The notes under the pieces are model-generated. The model searched no databases. It saw only the letters and a program-made list of their open reading frames with translations, and was not told the DNA's origin. Of a DNA stretch of 64,000 nucleotides, positions 47,191 through 61,078 are shown in pieces (the stretch's first letter is position 1; each line of letters starts with the position of its first letter). Made by a program: the position numbers and the translations under genes. This DNA is from an uncultured Verrucomicrobiae bacterium (GTDB lineage Bacteria; Verrucomicrobiota; Verrucomicrobiia; Chthoniobacterales; JAATET01): assembly GCA_963719495.1 (NCBI GenBank), contig CAVRCI010000004.1:192001-256000 (forward strand), written 5' to 3'.

Positions 47191-48573
47191 TTGAAGAACG
47201 TTCATTTTCTGGGAGTTTGCGGGACCGCGATGGGCGCGGTGGCGGCCGCGATGCGCGACGCGGGCTACGTCGTGACCGGCCAGGACGCGGCGGTCTATCC
47301 GCCGATGTCGACCTTCCTCGCCGAGAAAGGGGTGGAAATCACGAGCGGTTTCGATCCGGCGGACATCCCGGAGACGACGGAAATCGTCGTGGTGGGCAAC
47401 GCGATGTCGCGGGGCAACGAGGCCGTCGAGGCGGTGCTCAATCGCAAGCTGCTTTACGTGTCGATGCCCGAGGCGCTCAAGCAATTTTTCCTGCGGGGAC
47501 GGCACAACATCGTCGTGACTGGAACGCACGGGAAAACGACAACGACGTCGATGCTGGCTTGGATTTTCGAGAGTGCGGGGCGTGAGCCGGGCTATCTCAT
47601 CGGCGGCATCCCGGCGAATCTGGGGCAGGGGGCCTGCCTGCGCGATTCGAAGTATTTCGTGATCGAGGGGGACGAATACGACACCGCGTTCTTCGACAAG
47701 CGCTCGAAGTTCGTCCATTACCTTCCGGAATTGGTGATCCTGAACAACATCGAGTTCGATCACGCCGACATCTTTCGCGATCTCGACGCGATCAAGACGA
47801 GCTTTCGCCATCTGCTCAACATCGTTCCCTCCGACGGAATGGTGCTCGTGAACGCGGACGACCCAAACTGCGTGGACGTCGCACGGACCAGTCCGGCTCC
47901 GATCGTCGAGGTCGGATTTTCGGAAAACGCCGGGAATCGAATCACAAACGTGACCCACGGATCGGAGGGCGTGTCGTTCGAGTTGTTCGGCGAGCGATTC
48001 GACCTGCCGATGCTGGGGGATTTCAACATCCGCAACGCCGCGATGGCGGCTTCGGCGGCCCATTTCTACGGAATCGGCGCGGCGGAGATCCGGACGGCGC
48101 TGGCGAGTTTTCGCGGCATCAAGCGGCGGCAGGAGGTGCGTGGTGACGTGGGTGGCGTCAAGGTGATCGACGATTTCGGCCACCACCCCACGGCGATTCG
48201 CGAGACGCTCGCCGGGCTGCGCAAGCGCTTCGATGGCGGGAAGCTGTGGGCGATTTTCGAGCCGAGATCGAACACCACGCGGCGGTCGGTGTTTCAGGAA
48301 ACGCTGCCGGCGGCTTTCGTGGATGCCGATGGAGTCTTCATCGCGCGGATCGCGCGGCTCGAGCAAATCGCCGCCGAGGACCGCCTGAATCCCGAGCGCG
48401 TCGTCGCCGACATCGGCGCTTCGGGGCGCCCGGCGTTCTACGAGCCGACCGCCGATGCCATCGTCGAGCGGGTGGTGCCGATGACCGGGGAGGGTGACGT
48501 GGTGGTCGTGTTCAGCAATGGTGGCTTCGACGGGATCCACGAGAAATTGCTCGCGGCGCTCGCGGCTCGCTGA
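47191..48573 (+). CDS. mpl: Murein peptide ligase
   Basis: GVCGTAMG, YPPMS, GTHGKTTT, IEGDEYDTAFFDKRSKF, DDFGHHPTAI, FEPRSNT. Confidence 0.95.
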   Translation: MKNVHFLGVCGTAMGAVAAAMRDAGYVVTGQDAAVYPPMSTFLAEKGVEITSGFDPADIPETTEIVVVGNAMSRGNEAVEAVLNRKLLYVSMPEALKQFFLRGRHNIVVTGTHGKTTTTSMLAWIFESAGREPGYLIGGIPANLGQGACLRDSKYFVIEGDEYDTAFFDKRSKFVHYLPELVILNNIEFDHADIFRDLDAIKTSFRHLLNIVPSDGMVLVNADDPNCVDVARTSPAPIVEVGFSENAGNRITNVTHGSEGVSFELFGERFDLPMLGDFNIRNAAMAASAAHFYGIGAAEIRTALASFRGIKRRQEVRGDVGGVKVIDDFGHHPTAIRETLAGLRKRFDGGKLWAIFEPRSNTTRRSVFQETLPAAFVDADGVFIARIARLEQIAAEDRLNPERVVADIGASGRPAFYEPTADAIVERVVPMTGEGDVVVVFSNGGFDGIHEKLLAALAAR

Positions 48574-48631
48574 CGGGCGAACCCTTTTTCCTCGCCAAGG
48601 TTGGCGGTTCTTCGGATCATCAGCGGTTCGC

Positions 48632-51822
<3,191 letters not shown>

Positions 51823-51840
51823 GTCTGCTACCCTGTCCGC

Positions 51841-52230
51841 ATGAGACCCGGAGCGGCCCGACCCGAATATCGCAAGCGGCGAGGAGGCGGCTTCCTCCAC
51901 ACGGTCAACAGGTTGTTTTTTGTCCTTTGCGCGGTGGGAGGGCTCATTCTGGTTGGCTTGCTGGCTTACCCGGAGCTGCGGCGGATCGACGAGATGGAGA
52001 AGACCGTCATCGACCTCGAAGCTGAACGGGACGCGCAGACGCTCCTCCTGGAAAAGCAGAAGCGCGAGGAAAAGTGGTTGAAAACCGAGCCGGCCTACGT
52101 GGAGCTTTTGGCCCGGGAGAAATTCGGAATGATGAAGGAAGGCGAGACCGTCTTTCGATTGGACGAGGAGGTGCCGCCGGTCCCGGTATTTCCCGGCGAA
52201 CGGCCATCATCCTCGGAATCAGCACCTTAG
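51841..52230 (+). CDS. ftsB: Septum formation initiator (FtsB/DivIC)
   Basis: TM, coiled coil, YVELLAREKFGMMKEGETVF; directly after eno. Confidence 0.85.
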   Translation: MRPGAARPEYRKRRGGGFLHTVNRLFFVLCAVGGLILVGLLAYPELRRIDEMEKTVIDLEAERDAQTLLLEKQKREEKWLKTEPAYVELLAREKFGMMKEGETVFRLDEEVPPVPVFPGERPSSSESAP

Positions 52231-52240
52231 AAACGATTTT

Positions 52241-53381
52241 ATGTCAGTATTGGAACTCTCCGCGATCAACACCTCCGAGCTAGCCGACCGAGTCGGCGAG
52301 CTGCGGAGGTATCTTTGACTTACCCGACCTCGTCAAACAGCACGAAGAAATCGAGGCGCGAATGACGGCGCCGGATTTCTGGGATCACAAGGAAAAGGCT
52401 CAGAGCGAGATGGAGCGCGTCTCGGCGCTGCGCGCCAAGATTGTTCCGTTTCGGGAGATCGAGTCGCGGCTCGAGGATTTGGAAGTGATGCGCGAGCTGG
52501 CGGCCGAGGAGACGGACGCCGCGCAGAAGGCCGCGGCCCTGGCCGACATGAAGCGGGACTACGACCGGCTCTCGGATGATTTGGCCAAGTTCGAACTGCG
52601 GCAGTTCCTGAGTGGCGAATTCGACAGCAATCCCGCGTTTCTCACGATCCACGCCGGCGCGGGCGGCACCGAGTCCTGTGATTGGGCTGACATGCTGCTG
52701 CGGATGTATCAGCGCTGGATGGAGCGCAACGGGGTGGCGAGCGAGGTGGTCGACATTCAGGAGGGTGACGAGGCTGGCATCAAGGGGGCCACTCTCCGCG
52801 TGACTGGAGAGTCGGCCTACGGATACCTTTCCTGCGAGCGGGGGGTGCATCGGCTGGTGCGGATCTCGCCCTTCGACTCCGCCAAGCGGCGTCACACGTC
52901 GTTTGCGAGCGTCGACGTGACTCCGGAGATCGAGGATGCCCCGATCGAAGTGGATGAGAAGGACCTCAAAATCGACACCTTTCGGAGCGGGGGCAAGGGG
53001 GGGCAGAACGTGAACAAGGTCGAGACGGCGGTGCGCTTCACCCACCTTCCGACCGGCTTGGTCGTGGCGTGTCAGGCGGAGCGAAGTCAGCTCAAGAACC
53101 GGAATCTTGCGATGAAGATTCTCAAGGCGAAGCTTTACCAGCTCGAGGCCGACAAGAAGCGGGCCGAAGCCGAGCGGGAATACGATCAAAAGGGCGAAAT
53201 CGGCTGGGGCAGCCAGATTCGTTCCTACGTCTTCCAGCCCTACCAGATGGTGAAGGACCTCCGGACCGGTGTGCAGACGAGCGACGTTCAGGGCGTGATG
53301 GACGGCGAGATCGATCCGTTCATCGAGGGCAAGCTCCGGGGGCTGACCTACCAGAAGGGCGCCTCGGACGACGACGAGTAG
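52241..53381 (+). CDS. prfB: Peptide chain release factor 2 (programmed +1 frameshift)
   Basis: ATG 52241, 25 codons to CTT TGA C (52313-52319) preceded by GGAGGT; the +1 frame carries SPF and GGQ. Confidence 0.97.
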
Positions 53382-53700
53382 GACGGGCGGTTTCTTGGTG
53401 GTTCGTCGCCTTCGTTGCGGGGAGCACCGGGCCAGGAGACGGTGACCGTTCGCGCCGGGGCGGGGCTGCGATCCCTCCGGGATCGCGCTCGGGTCGGGTC
53501 GGGAGCGGTAAGCCGGAGGTTTTCAACCTCCGGCTACCGTGGGTGAGATCCTTTCCGGATCGATGCGATGCGGAGGTCTCCGTGGGCATGCCGTGCGAGT
53601 TCGGGTTTGTTCCAAACGCCGAATGGGGTTCCCCGAAAAATTCGACAGGATTGACAGGATTGACAGGAGGATCAGAAATGGTTTCTGAAACCAACGCATC

Positions 53701-53847
53701 CTAGAGCATCTTCAACTTGATTGGACGATTCGATCCGGCAAGCGGGGGAAGGCGTCCGCCCTCCTGATCCAAACACGAGGACGAGCCGTCCTCGCCCCTT
53801 TTCGTCGCCTCTTGCTGAAGTCGCTAATTACTTTGAAAATGCTCTAG
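53701..53847. mobile_element. Small MITE-like element with CTAGAGCAT termini
   Basis: CTAGAGCATCTTCAACTTGATT vs reverse complement of right end CTAGAGCATTTTCAAAGTAATT (18/22 identical). Confidence 0.65.
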
Positions 53848-54299
53848 AAATCAGACGACTTCCGACGTTCGCGGCATCGGCTTTCAGCCGATCGCCAAGC
53901 GAAAATCGCCTGGAAGCCGATGGGCAGGGACTTTGGAATCCGTCTTGAATCAAGGTGGCGTTGGGATTGTCGGCAGCCGGGATGGTGTAATTTGCGGGCT
54001 CGATTTCACCCTCCGGGCCACGCTGGTTTCGAGCCGGATTCTTGTCGAATCGGCTTCGAGCGAGAGTTCGGGCGGTTCTGGCGAGGGATCACGGCTCGGC
54101 GGGAGCCTCGCCCTCCGGGTTTGGATGGGCTTCGCGTGCAGATTGATTCCGTGGGGGGCGGACTGCCAACTTTTGGCGTGAAGTGGATCGTTGCTGGGTG
54201 GTGAGATTCTGGTTGGATCGTGAACGGGGTCGGCCCGGATCCATCGCCGCGGCAGAGTCTGCTGGCGCGATCTGGATCGGTGGAGTATTGAGTTTTACC

Positions 54300-54902
54300 A
54301 TGAACGCGCTTCCGAACGTCGAAGATCATCGGTCACCGGATCACGCAATCGAACCATTGCTTTACCGGCGGTGGTCGCCGCGGGCGATGAGCGGTCAGCC
54401 GCTGACCGAGGAAGAGCTTCTCACCTGCTTCGAGGGGGGGCGGTGGGCTCCTTCGAGTTACAACGAGCAGGAGTGGCGGTTCCTCTACGCCCGGCGTGGG
54501 GAGGCGCAGTGGCACGAGTTCTTCGGTTTGCTGGCGGAACCGAACCGGCTCTGGTGCGACCGGGCGGGTGTGCTCGTCGTCGTGCTGGCGAAGAGGACCT
54601 TCACTCGCAACGGCAAGGCGAACGCGGTTCATCTCTTCGATGCCGGGGCGGCTTGGCACGGGATTGCGCTGCAGGCTTCGGCGATGGGGTTGGTGGCGCA
54701 CGGGATGTCGGGATTCGACTACGAGCGGGCGGCGGCGGAGTTGGGGGTGCCGGATGACTTCGCCGTGGCGGCGATGTTTGCGCTGGGGCATCCGGGCGAT
54801 CCGGCGGATCTGCCGGAGGATTACCGGGAGCTGGAGAAGCCGAGTGGTCGGCGGCCGGTGGTCGAGAGCATCTGCGAAGGGCGGTTTGCCTTTGGCGGGT
54901 GA
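54300..54902 (+). CDS. Nitroreductase family protein
   Basis: RRWSPRAM, RWAPSSYNEQ.WRF, FDAGAAW, AHGMSGFD. Confidence 0.93.
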   Translation: MNALPNVEDHRSPDHAIEPLLYRRWSPRAMSGQPLTEEELLTCFEGGRWAPSSYNEQEWRFLYARRGEAQWHEFFGLLAEPNRLWCDRAGVLVVVLAKRTFTRNGKANAVHLFDAGAAWHGIALQASAMGLVAHGMSGFDYERAAAELGVPDDFAVAAMFALGHPGDPADLPEDYRELEKPSGRRPVVESICEGRFAFGG

Positions 54903-55020
54903 TCCGGGTGGGTTTTGGGTTGGAGGACGCTTGGCCGGGATGCGGGGCGTGGGGGAGGAGGCTACGGAACCCGGCGGCGCGGCTTCCCTACCTTTTGGAC
55001 GAGGGGCGGGCTGCGCCCTT

Positions 55021-55788
55021 TTAGCGGATGATTCCTCTTTGGCTGTTGTCGATGAAGTCGAGGAGGGTGGTGAGTTCTTCGGGTGGGTTCTCGAAGGCTC
55101 TGAGGATCTCGACGCTTTGGCGGACGTTGGCGTTCGTGCGGTAGAGCTGCTTGTAGGCTTCGCGGAGGGCGCGGGTGGTCTCGGGCGGGAAGCCGCGGCG
55201 TTCCATGCCGACCTGGTTGATGCCGCGGACCTCGGCGGGGTTGCCGTCGGCGATCATGAAGGGGGGGACGTCCTGGACGATTTTCGTGCAGCCGCCGGTG
55301 ATGGAATGGCGCCCGATGCGGCAGAATTGGTGGACCCCGGAGAGGCCGCCGATGACAGCGTAATCCTCGACGATGACGTGGCCGGCGAGGGTGCCGTTGT
55401 TGGAGAAAATGACGTGGTCGCCGACGGTGCAGTCGTGGGCGACGTGGGAGTAGGCGAGAAAGTTGCCGTGGCTGCCGATGATTGTCTTCGAGCCGGGGGC
55501 GGTGCCGCGGTTGAGGGTGCAGAATTCGCGGAAGGAATTGTGGTCGCCGATCTCGAGGTGGGTCGGCTCCTCGCTGTATTTGAGGTCCTGGCTGCGCTGG
55601 CCGACGGAGCAGAACGGGAAGATGACGTTGTGCGCGCCGATGGTCGTTGGGCCGGCGATGCTGACGTGATTGTGAATCGTGCAGTTCGGGCCGATCCTGA
55701 CGTGCGGGCCGACGTGGGTGAAGGGGCCGATGGTGGTGGTTGGATCGACCTCGGCGGTTGGGTCGATGATGGCGGTTGGGTGGATCAC
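55021..55788 (-). CDS. lpxA: UDP-N-acetylglucosamine O-acyltransferase
   Basis: IHPTAIID, QDLKY, REFCTLNRGT, SHVAHDC, VHQFCRIG, QDVPPF; GTG start. Confidence 0.96.
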   Translation of the reverse strand: MIHPTAIIDPTAEVDPTTTIGPFTHVGPHVRIGPNCTIHNHVSIAGPTTIGAHNVIFPFCSVGQRSQDLKYSEEPTHLEIGDHNSFREFCTLNRGTAPGSKTIIGSHGNFLAYSHVAHDCTVGDHVIFSNNGTLAGHVIVEDYAVIGGLSGVHQFCRIGRHSITGGCTKIVQDVPPFMIADGNPAEVRGINQVGMERRGFPPETTRALREAYKQLYRTNANVRQSVEILRAFENPPEELTTLLDFIDNSQRGIIR

Positions 55789-55848
55789 TTCAGGGAGAAT
55801 GCGGAATTTGAAATGCTGAATGTGAAATGGTTTGAGGCTTCGCCTTTT

Positions 55849-55884
55849 GGTTGGTTCGGCGATTGCAAATCGCCGCTCCTTGAA
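55849..55884. repeat. REP-like hairpin GGTTGGTTCGGCGATT(G/A)CAAATCGCCGCTCCTTGAA
   Basis: 35/36 identical to 59311-59346; weaker copies near 24692 and 41226. Confidence 0.8.
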
Positions 55885-55889
55885 TCGTG

Positions 55890-57191
55890 CTATCGATCGA
55901 CGATGCCGAAGAGGAGGGTTCCGGAACTCACGACGGCTCCGTTTACCAGGCATTTGCAGTCGGCTTTGCCGAGGCGGCGTTTAGCGGTGGTGAGGTTGAC
56001 GTCGATGAAGAGGACGTCGCCGGGGATGACGGGCTTGCGGAATTTCACGTCGTCGGCGCTCATGAAGTAGCCGATTTTGCCTTCGTTTTCGGTGCGGCGC
56101 ATCATGACGATGCTGGCGACCTGGGCCATGGCCTCGACCTGAAGGACGCCGGGCATGACGGGGTGGCCGGGGAAGTGGCCCTGGAAATACGGTTCGTTGA
56201 TGGTGACGGATTTCGTGCCGACGGCGCGGAGTTCTTCGAGTTCGACGATGCGGTCGACCATGAGGAACGGGTAGCGGTGCGGGAGGATCGCCATGATCTG
56301 GTTGATGTCGAGGACGCCGCCGTGGGCGATGATGGGGCGGGCGGCGGGGGCGGTGAGTTCGCCGAATTTTTTGACCATCGCGCGGGCGAGGTCGGCGTTG
56401 GGTCCGTGGCCGGGTTTGACGGCGACGATGTGGCCCTGGAGGCGGCGTCCGGCGAGGGCGAGGTCGCCGATGATGTCGAGGATCTTGTGGCGGACGAATT
56501 CGTCGGGGTAGCGGAGCGGCTCCTTGCTGAGGACGGAGTCGCCGCGGGCGACGATGGCGTTTTCGAGGCTGCCGCCGCGGATGAGGCCTTTGTCCATGAG
56601 GGGCTTGACGTCCTCGTAGAAGACGAAGGTGCGGGCGGCGGCAATGTCGGTCTCGTAGATTTCGGGGGTGATTTCGGTGCTGAAATACTGGGTGAAGCGA
56701 CCGTCGGGGCCGACCTGGGTGCAGGAAATGCGGAATTTTTCGTCGGGGAGAATCGTGAGGATCGAGCCGTTCTTGGTTTCGACGTGAATGGGTTCCCGGG
56801 GGGCGAAGGTGTGGCGGGGGGCGTCCTGCTCGACGGTGCCGGCTTCCTTGATGAGACGGACGAATTCCCCGGCGCTGCCGTCGGCGATGGGCGGCTCGTT
56901 GGCGTCCATGTCGACGAGGCAGTTGTCGACTCCCATGCCGGCGAGGGCTGAGAGGACGTGCTCGACGGTGTGGATCTTCGCGTTGCCTTGAATGAGGGTC
57001 GTGGCGCGCTCGACGAATTTGACGTTGGCAACCTTGGCGTCGACGATTGGTTGGTCGGGCAGGTCGATGCGGCGGAATTTGTAGCCATGCCCGGCGGGGG
57101 CGGGCTGGAGGGTGAGGGTGACGTTCTCTCCGGTGTGGAGAGAGCCGCCGGTGAGGCTGGCTGGGGCGGCGAGAGTGCGTTGTTTTTCCAC
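55890..57191 (-). CDS. lpxC: Bifunctional LpxC / FabZ
   Basis: TVEHVLSAL, EPPIADGSA, ARTF, RHKILDIIGD, then LPHRYPFLMVDR and FQGHFPG.PVMPGVL. Confidence 0.96.
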   Translation of the reverse strand: MEKQRTLAAPASLTGGSLHTGENVTLTLQPAPAGHGYKFRRIDLPDQPIVDAKVANVKFVERATTLIQGNAKIHTVEHVLSALAGMGVDNCLVDMDANEPPIADGSAGEFVRLIKEAGTVEQDAPRHTFAPREPIHVETKNGSILTILPDEKFRISCTQVGPDGRFTQYFSTEITPEIYETDIAAARTFVFYEDVKPLMDKGLIRGGSLENAIVARGDSVLSKEPLRYPDEFVRHKILDIIGDLALAGRRLQGHIVAVKPGHGPNADLARAMVKKFGELTAPAARPIIAHGGVLDINQIMAILPHRYPFLMVDRIVELEELRAVGTKSVTINEPYFQGHFPGHPVMPGVLQVEAMAQVASIVMMRRTENEGKIGYFMSADDVKFRKPVIPGDVLFIDVNLTTAKRRLGKADCKCLVNGAVVSSGTLLFGIVDR

Positions 57192-57228
57192 GGAATCCTT
57201 GGGTTGGCGAACGGTCCCGACGGGACTT

Positions 57229-57741
57229 TTACCCTTCGGAAGCAGAGGATTCTTTGTGACCGAGGAGGATGAGGTCGAGATATTTCTGGTTGCCGGCTCG
57301 GAGGCGGTTGACCAGGGAGCGTCCGATGGCGGCGAGGAGGTGGATGGCGGCTCCGGGTTTCGTGCCGGCGAGGACGCCGAGGACCATGCGGCTGATGCGG
57401 AGCGTCCGGGTGGCTTCGAGGGCCACGACGGAAGCGGAACGCGGACCATCGTCGACGAGGGCGAGCTCGCCGAAGAAGTCGCCGTCGGTGAGCTCGGCCA
57501 GATCGACGTCGCGGTCCTGACCGGAGTATTGGACCTTCACGCGGCCGCTCACGAGGACATACATGCAGTGGCCGCACTCTTCGCCCTGCTGGACGATGGT
57601 CTCGCCGGCTTGGTAGTCGACGCTGTCGCTGAGGCTGAGGACGGCGCTGAGTTCGTCCTCCTTGAAGCCGGCGAAGAGCCGAAATTTCGAGAGAACCTGG
57701 CTTTCGCAGGAGAGTTGGCTGGGTGGATTGGAATCAGGCAT
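57229..57741 (-). CDS. Cyclic nucleotide-binding domain protein (no HTH)
   Basis: [29 protein letters not shown]. Confidence 0.9.
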   Translation of the reverse strand: MPDSNPPSQLSCESQVLSKFRLFAGFKEDELSAVLSLSDSVDYQAGETIVQQGEECGHCMYVLVSGRVKVQYSGQDRDVDLAELTDGDFFGELALVDDGPRSASVVALEATRTLRISRMVLGVLAGTKPGAAIHLLAAIGRSLVNRLRAGNQKYLDLILLGHKESSASEG

Positions 57742-58402
57742 GGACGATGCGGCCGTCGAGCAGCTCGATGCGGCGAGGGGCCAGGTTGGCGACCTCTTCG
57801 CTGTGGGTGACCATAACCATCGTGGCGAGGTTTTTGGAAGCGATCTTTGTGAGGGTGTCGAGGACGCGGTGGGCATTCGCGGTGTCGAGATTGCCCGTGG
57901 GTTCGTCGGCGAGGAGGAGGGTGGGACGGTGAACGAGGGCGCGGGCGATGGCGGCGCGTTGCATTTCGCCGCCGCTGAGCTGGTGGGGGAAATGACCGGA
58001 CCGGGGGGCGAGTCCGACGAGGTCGAGGAGGTCGGCGGCTCGGTCGCGCATCTCGGCCCGGGGCGCGCCTTGGAGGAGGAGGGGGAGCTCGACGTTCTCG
58101 GCGATGGTCATGGCCGGGAGAAGGTTGAAGAATTGGAAAATGATCCCGAGGTGGTGGCGGCGGTAGTGGGTGAGATCGGCTTCGGTGGCGCGGTGCAGGG
58201 CGACGTCCCCGACGGTGACCTCGCCGGAGTCGGGATGGTCGAGGCCGCCGAGGAGGTTGAGCAGGGTGCTCTTGCCGCAGCCGCTGGGACCGGTGACGGC
58301 GATGAATTCGCGGTCGGCGAGGGTGACGCTGATGTGGTCGAGCGCCCGGACCTCGGTGGTGCCGGTGCGGTAGGTTCGAGTGACCTCGGATAGCTTGACC
58401 AT
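57734..58402 (-). CDS. ABC transporter ATP-binding protein (LolD/MacB-like)
   Basis: [39 protein letters not shown]. Confidence 0.93.
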   Translation of the reverse strand: MVKLSEVTRTYRTGTTEVRALDHISVTLADREFIAVTGPSGCGKSTLLNLLGGLDHPDSGEVTVGDVALHRATEADLTHYRRHHLGIIFQFFNLLPAMTIAENVELPLLLQGAPRAEMRDRAADLLDLVGLAPRSGHFPHQLSGGEMQRAAIARALVHRPTLLLADEPTGNLDTANAHRVLDTLTKIASKNLATMVMVTHSEEVANLAPRRIELLDGRIVHA

Positions 58403-58548
58403 GATGTTTTTGACCGCGGAGAGCGCTGAGGATGCTAAGGATACGGGTGAGGTGAGGTTTGAACCGCAGATTTCGCTGATGGCGCGGATACACAAATGCT
58501 GGTGAAGTGATTTCCTATCCGCGTCATCCGCGTAATCTGCGGTGAGGA

Positions 58549-59286
58549 ATGGTTTTCGGGAAGTTTACGATTGTCGACGAGACGGAGGAACTGCTCGTGG
58601 TGGATAAAGAGGCGGGTGTGCTCATTCATCCGACGAAGCCGGGTGGGCCGCGAACGTTGTGGGACGACGCCCGGGATTTGCTGGCCTACGAGATCGCGAA
58701 CGGGGGGCAGGTCTCCATCATCAATCGGTTGGACCGGGAGACGAGTGGGTTGGTGTTGTTGGCGAAAAACTCGGCGGCGGCCCGGGAGGCGGCCATGGCG
58801 ATGGCGGCGGGATGGGTGCGGAAGGAGTATCTGGCGCTCGTTTTCGGGTGGCCGGATTGGGAGCGGGTGGTGGTGGACGCGCCTTTGCTGCGGGTCGGTG
58901 AGGTGGCGAAATCGCGGATTTATTTGAAGCGCGGGGTGCATCCGGATGGGGCGGAGGCTCGGACGGAGTTCGAGGTGGTCGAGCGGGCGGAGTGGCCGGG
59001 CGGGCGGCGGGTGACGCTGGTCCGGGCGCGGCCGATGACCGGGCGGACGCACCAGATTCGCGTGCATCTGGCGCACGCGGGATTCCCGGTGGTCGGGGAC
59101 AAGATCTACGGGCCGGACGAGGGGTGGTATCTCCGATTTATCGCGGGCGGCTGGACGCCGGAGATGGCGGTCGCGCTCTGGCTGCCACGGCACGCGCTGC
59201 ATTCGGCGGGGCTGGCGGTGACGTGGCGGGGGGAGGAGCGGCGGTGGGTGAGCGCGCGGGTGGGGGTGGGGGCGGACGGGTGGTGA
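58549..59286 (+). CDS. RluA-family pseudouridine synthase
   Basis: VDKEAG..IHP, NRLDRETSG, TGRTHQIRVHL, GDKIYG, RHALH. Confidence 0.93.
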   Translation: MVFGKFTIVDETEELLVVDKEAGVLIHPTKPGGPRTLWDDARDLLAYEIANGGQVSIINRLDRETSGLVLLAKNSAAAREAAMAMAAGWVRKEYLALVFGWPDWERVVVDAPLLRVGEVAKSRIYLKRGVHPDGAEARTEFEVVERAEWPGGRRVTLVRARPMTGRTHQIRVHLAHAGFPVVGDKIYGPDEGWYLRFIAGGWTPEMAVALWLPRHALHSAGLAVTWRGEERRWVSARVGVGADGW

Positions 59287-59310
59287 GGGGAAAATGAGCC
59301 TCTGGCTATG

Positions 59311-59346
59311 GGTTGGTTCGGCGATTACAAATCGCCGCTCCTTGAA
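59311..59346. repeat. REP-like hairpin (same family as 55849-55884)
   Basis: Near-identical 36-mer between convergent genes. Confidence 0.8.
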
Positions 59347-59353
59347 CCCCGGT

Positions 59354-59977
59354 CTACGGGCGTTTGCCGCGCCGTTCGTTGGCGATGCCTCTCGCGATGG
59401 CGTCGGCGATGCGCTGGCGACCGCGGCCACTTTGGGCGGCGGCGTTGTCGTTGGGACTGGAGAGGAAGGCGCATTCGACGAGGACGGATGGGCGGTTGTT
59501 CTTTCTCAGAACGTAGAACCCGCGCTCCTTCACGCCGCGGTTCTTGGTGTCGTAGGCCTTGAGGAGTTCCTTTTGGATGTTGGCCGCCAGGCGTTCCGAG
59601 CGGCTGGAGTAGTAGTAGGTCTCGATGCCTTGGGCCGAGCGGTAGGGCGCGTAGTTGTAGTGGACGCTCACGAAGATGGTGTTGCGCGTGGAATTCGAGA
59701 TCTTGGTGCGGCCGCTCAGGGAAATGAATTCGTCGGAGTCGCGGACCATGATGACCTTGAATCCGCGCCACCAGAGGGCGTTGCGCAGGCGTTTGGCGGT
59801 GTCGAGGGCGACGTCTTTCTCGTATTTGCCGCTGACCGGGCGGGCTCCGCGGTCGTGACCACCGTGCCCGGCGTCGACGATGACGGTGTCGAAATCCCCG
59901 GCGCCCTGGAGGCCGGCGCAGCCCGACAAAACCGCGGCTATCGGCGCGAAGGCGAGCATTGGTAAAAGGGATCTCAT
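59354..59977 (-). CDS. N-acetylmuramoyl-L-alanine amidase (Amidase_3), lipoprotein
   Basis: Lipobox [34 protein letters not shown]. Confidence 0.93.
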   Translation of the reverse strand: MRSLLPMLAFAPIAAVLSGCAGLQGAGDFDTVIVDAGHGGHDRGARPVSGKYEKDVALDTAKRLRNALWWRGFKVIMVRDSDEFISLSGRTKISNSTRNTIFVSVHYNYAPYRSAQGIETYYYSSRSERLAANIQKELLKAYDTKNRGVKERGFYVLRKNNRPSVLVECAFLSSPNDNAAAQSGRGRQRIADAIARGIANERRGKRP

Positions 59978-60075
59978 GGACGGACGGAATGCGATGGCCG
60001 GAGCGTAGTGGCGAGGTCGGTCAACGCAACTATTTTGGACTCGATTTCGACGGGTCGGGGGGCAGGGTGGGGTGG

Positions 60076-60861
60076 ATGCTTGGTAAACGTGTGATTCCGT
60101 GCCTGGACGTGACGGGTGGACGGGTCGTGAAGGGAACGAAATTTCTCGATCTGCGCGACGCCGGTGATCCGGTCGAATGTGCGAAGGCGTACGATGCGCA
60201 GGGCGCGGACGAGCTGGTTTTTTTGGACATCACGGCGTCGAGCGACGCGCGGGCGACGATGGTGGACGTGGTGGAGCGGACGGCGGAGGAGTGTTTCATG
60301 CCGCTGACCGTTGGGGGAGGAATCCGCGTGGTGGAGGACGTTCGGACGATGCTTTTGGCCGGAGCGGACAAGGTGAGCATGAACACGGCGGCCATCAACG
60401 ATCCTTCGTTCGTCGCGCGAGCGGCGGACTTGTTCGGGTCGCAGTGCATCGTGGTGGCGATCGACGCGAAGCGGAACGCGGACGGGTCGGGGTGGACGGT
60501 CTACACGCACGGGGGGCGGAACGCGACGGAGCTCGACGCGGTGGCGTGGGCGGCGGAGGTGGCGCGGCTTGGGGCGGGGGAAATTCTGCTGACCAGCATG
60601 GACAAGGACGGCACGGGCGGTGGTTACGACCTGGGACTCACGCGGGCGGTGAGCGAGGCGGTGGCGGTGCCGGTGATCGCGAGCGGCGGGGCGGGATCGA
60701 TCGATCACCTGGTGGAGGTGCTGGGAGAGGGGCAGGCCGACGCCGTGCTGGCGGCGACGATTTTTCACTTCGGGGAATTCACCGTCGGGGACGTAAAACG
60801 GGCGCTGGCCGGGCGGGGGATCGCGGTGCGGGCCACGGATCATCCTGAAAAGGAAGGTTAG
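60076..60861 (+). CDS. hisF: Imidazole glycerol phosphate synthase subunit HisF
   Basis: [48 protein letters not shown]. Confidence 0.97.
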   Translation: MLGKRVIPCLDVTGGRVVKGTKFLDLRDAGDPVECAKAYDAQGADELVFLDITASSDARATMVDVVERTAEECFMPLTVGGGIRVVEDVRTMLLAGADKVSMNTAAINDPSFVARAADLFGSQCIVVAIDAKRNADGSGWTVYTHGGRNATELDAVAWAAEVARLGAGEILLTSMDKDGTGGGYDLGLTRAVSEAVAVPVIASGGAGSIDHLVEVLGEGQADAVLAATIFHFGEFTVGDVKRALAGRGIAVRATDHPEKEG

Positions 60862-61078
60862 ACAGGATTAACGGGATGATCGGGAACGACTGAGGAGGTA
60901 GGAATCGATCACCCGCTGAGTGAGCGCGGATGTTGTTCCAAGTCACTGAAATCCAATCCTTTCGATCTTGTAAATCCTGTCCATTCCCGGATTTAGGATC
61001 ATGGTGGATGAGAAATTCGCGCCACAGGTGGACGCGGATCGACCCGGATCGCGCGCCGCACACGCCAACGATTTTCAC

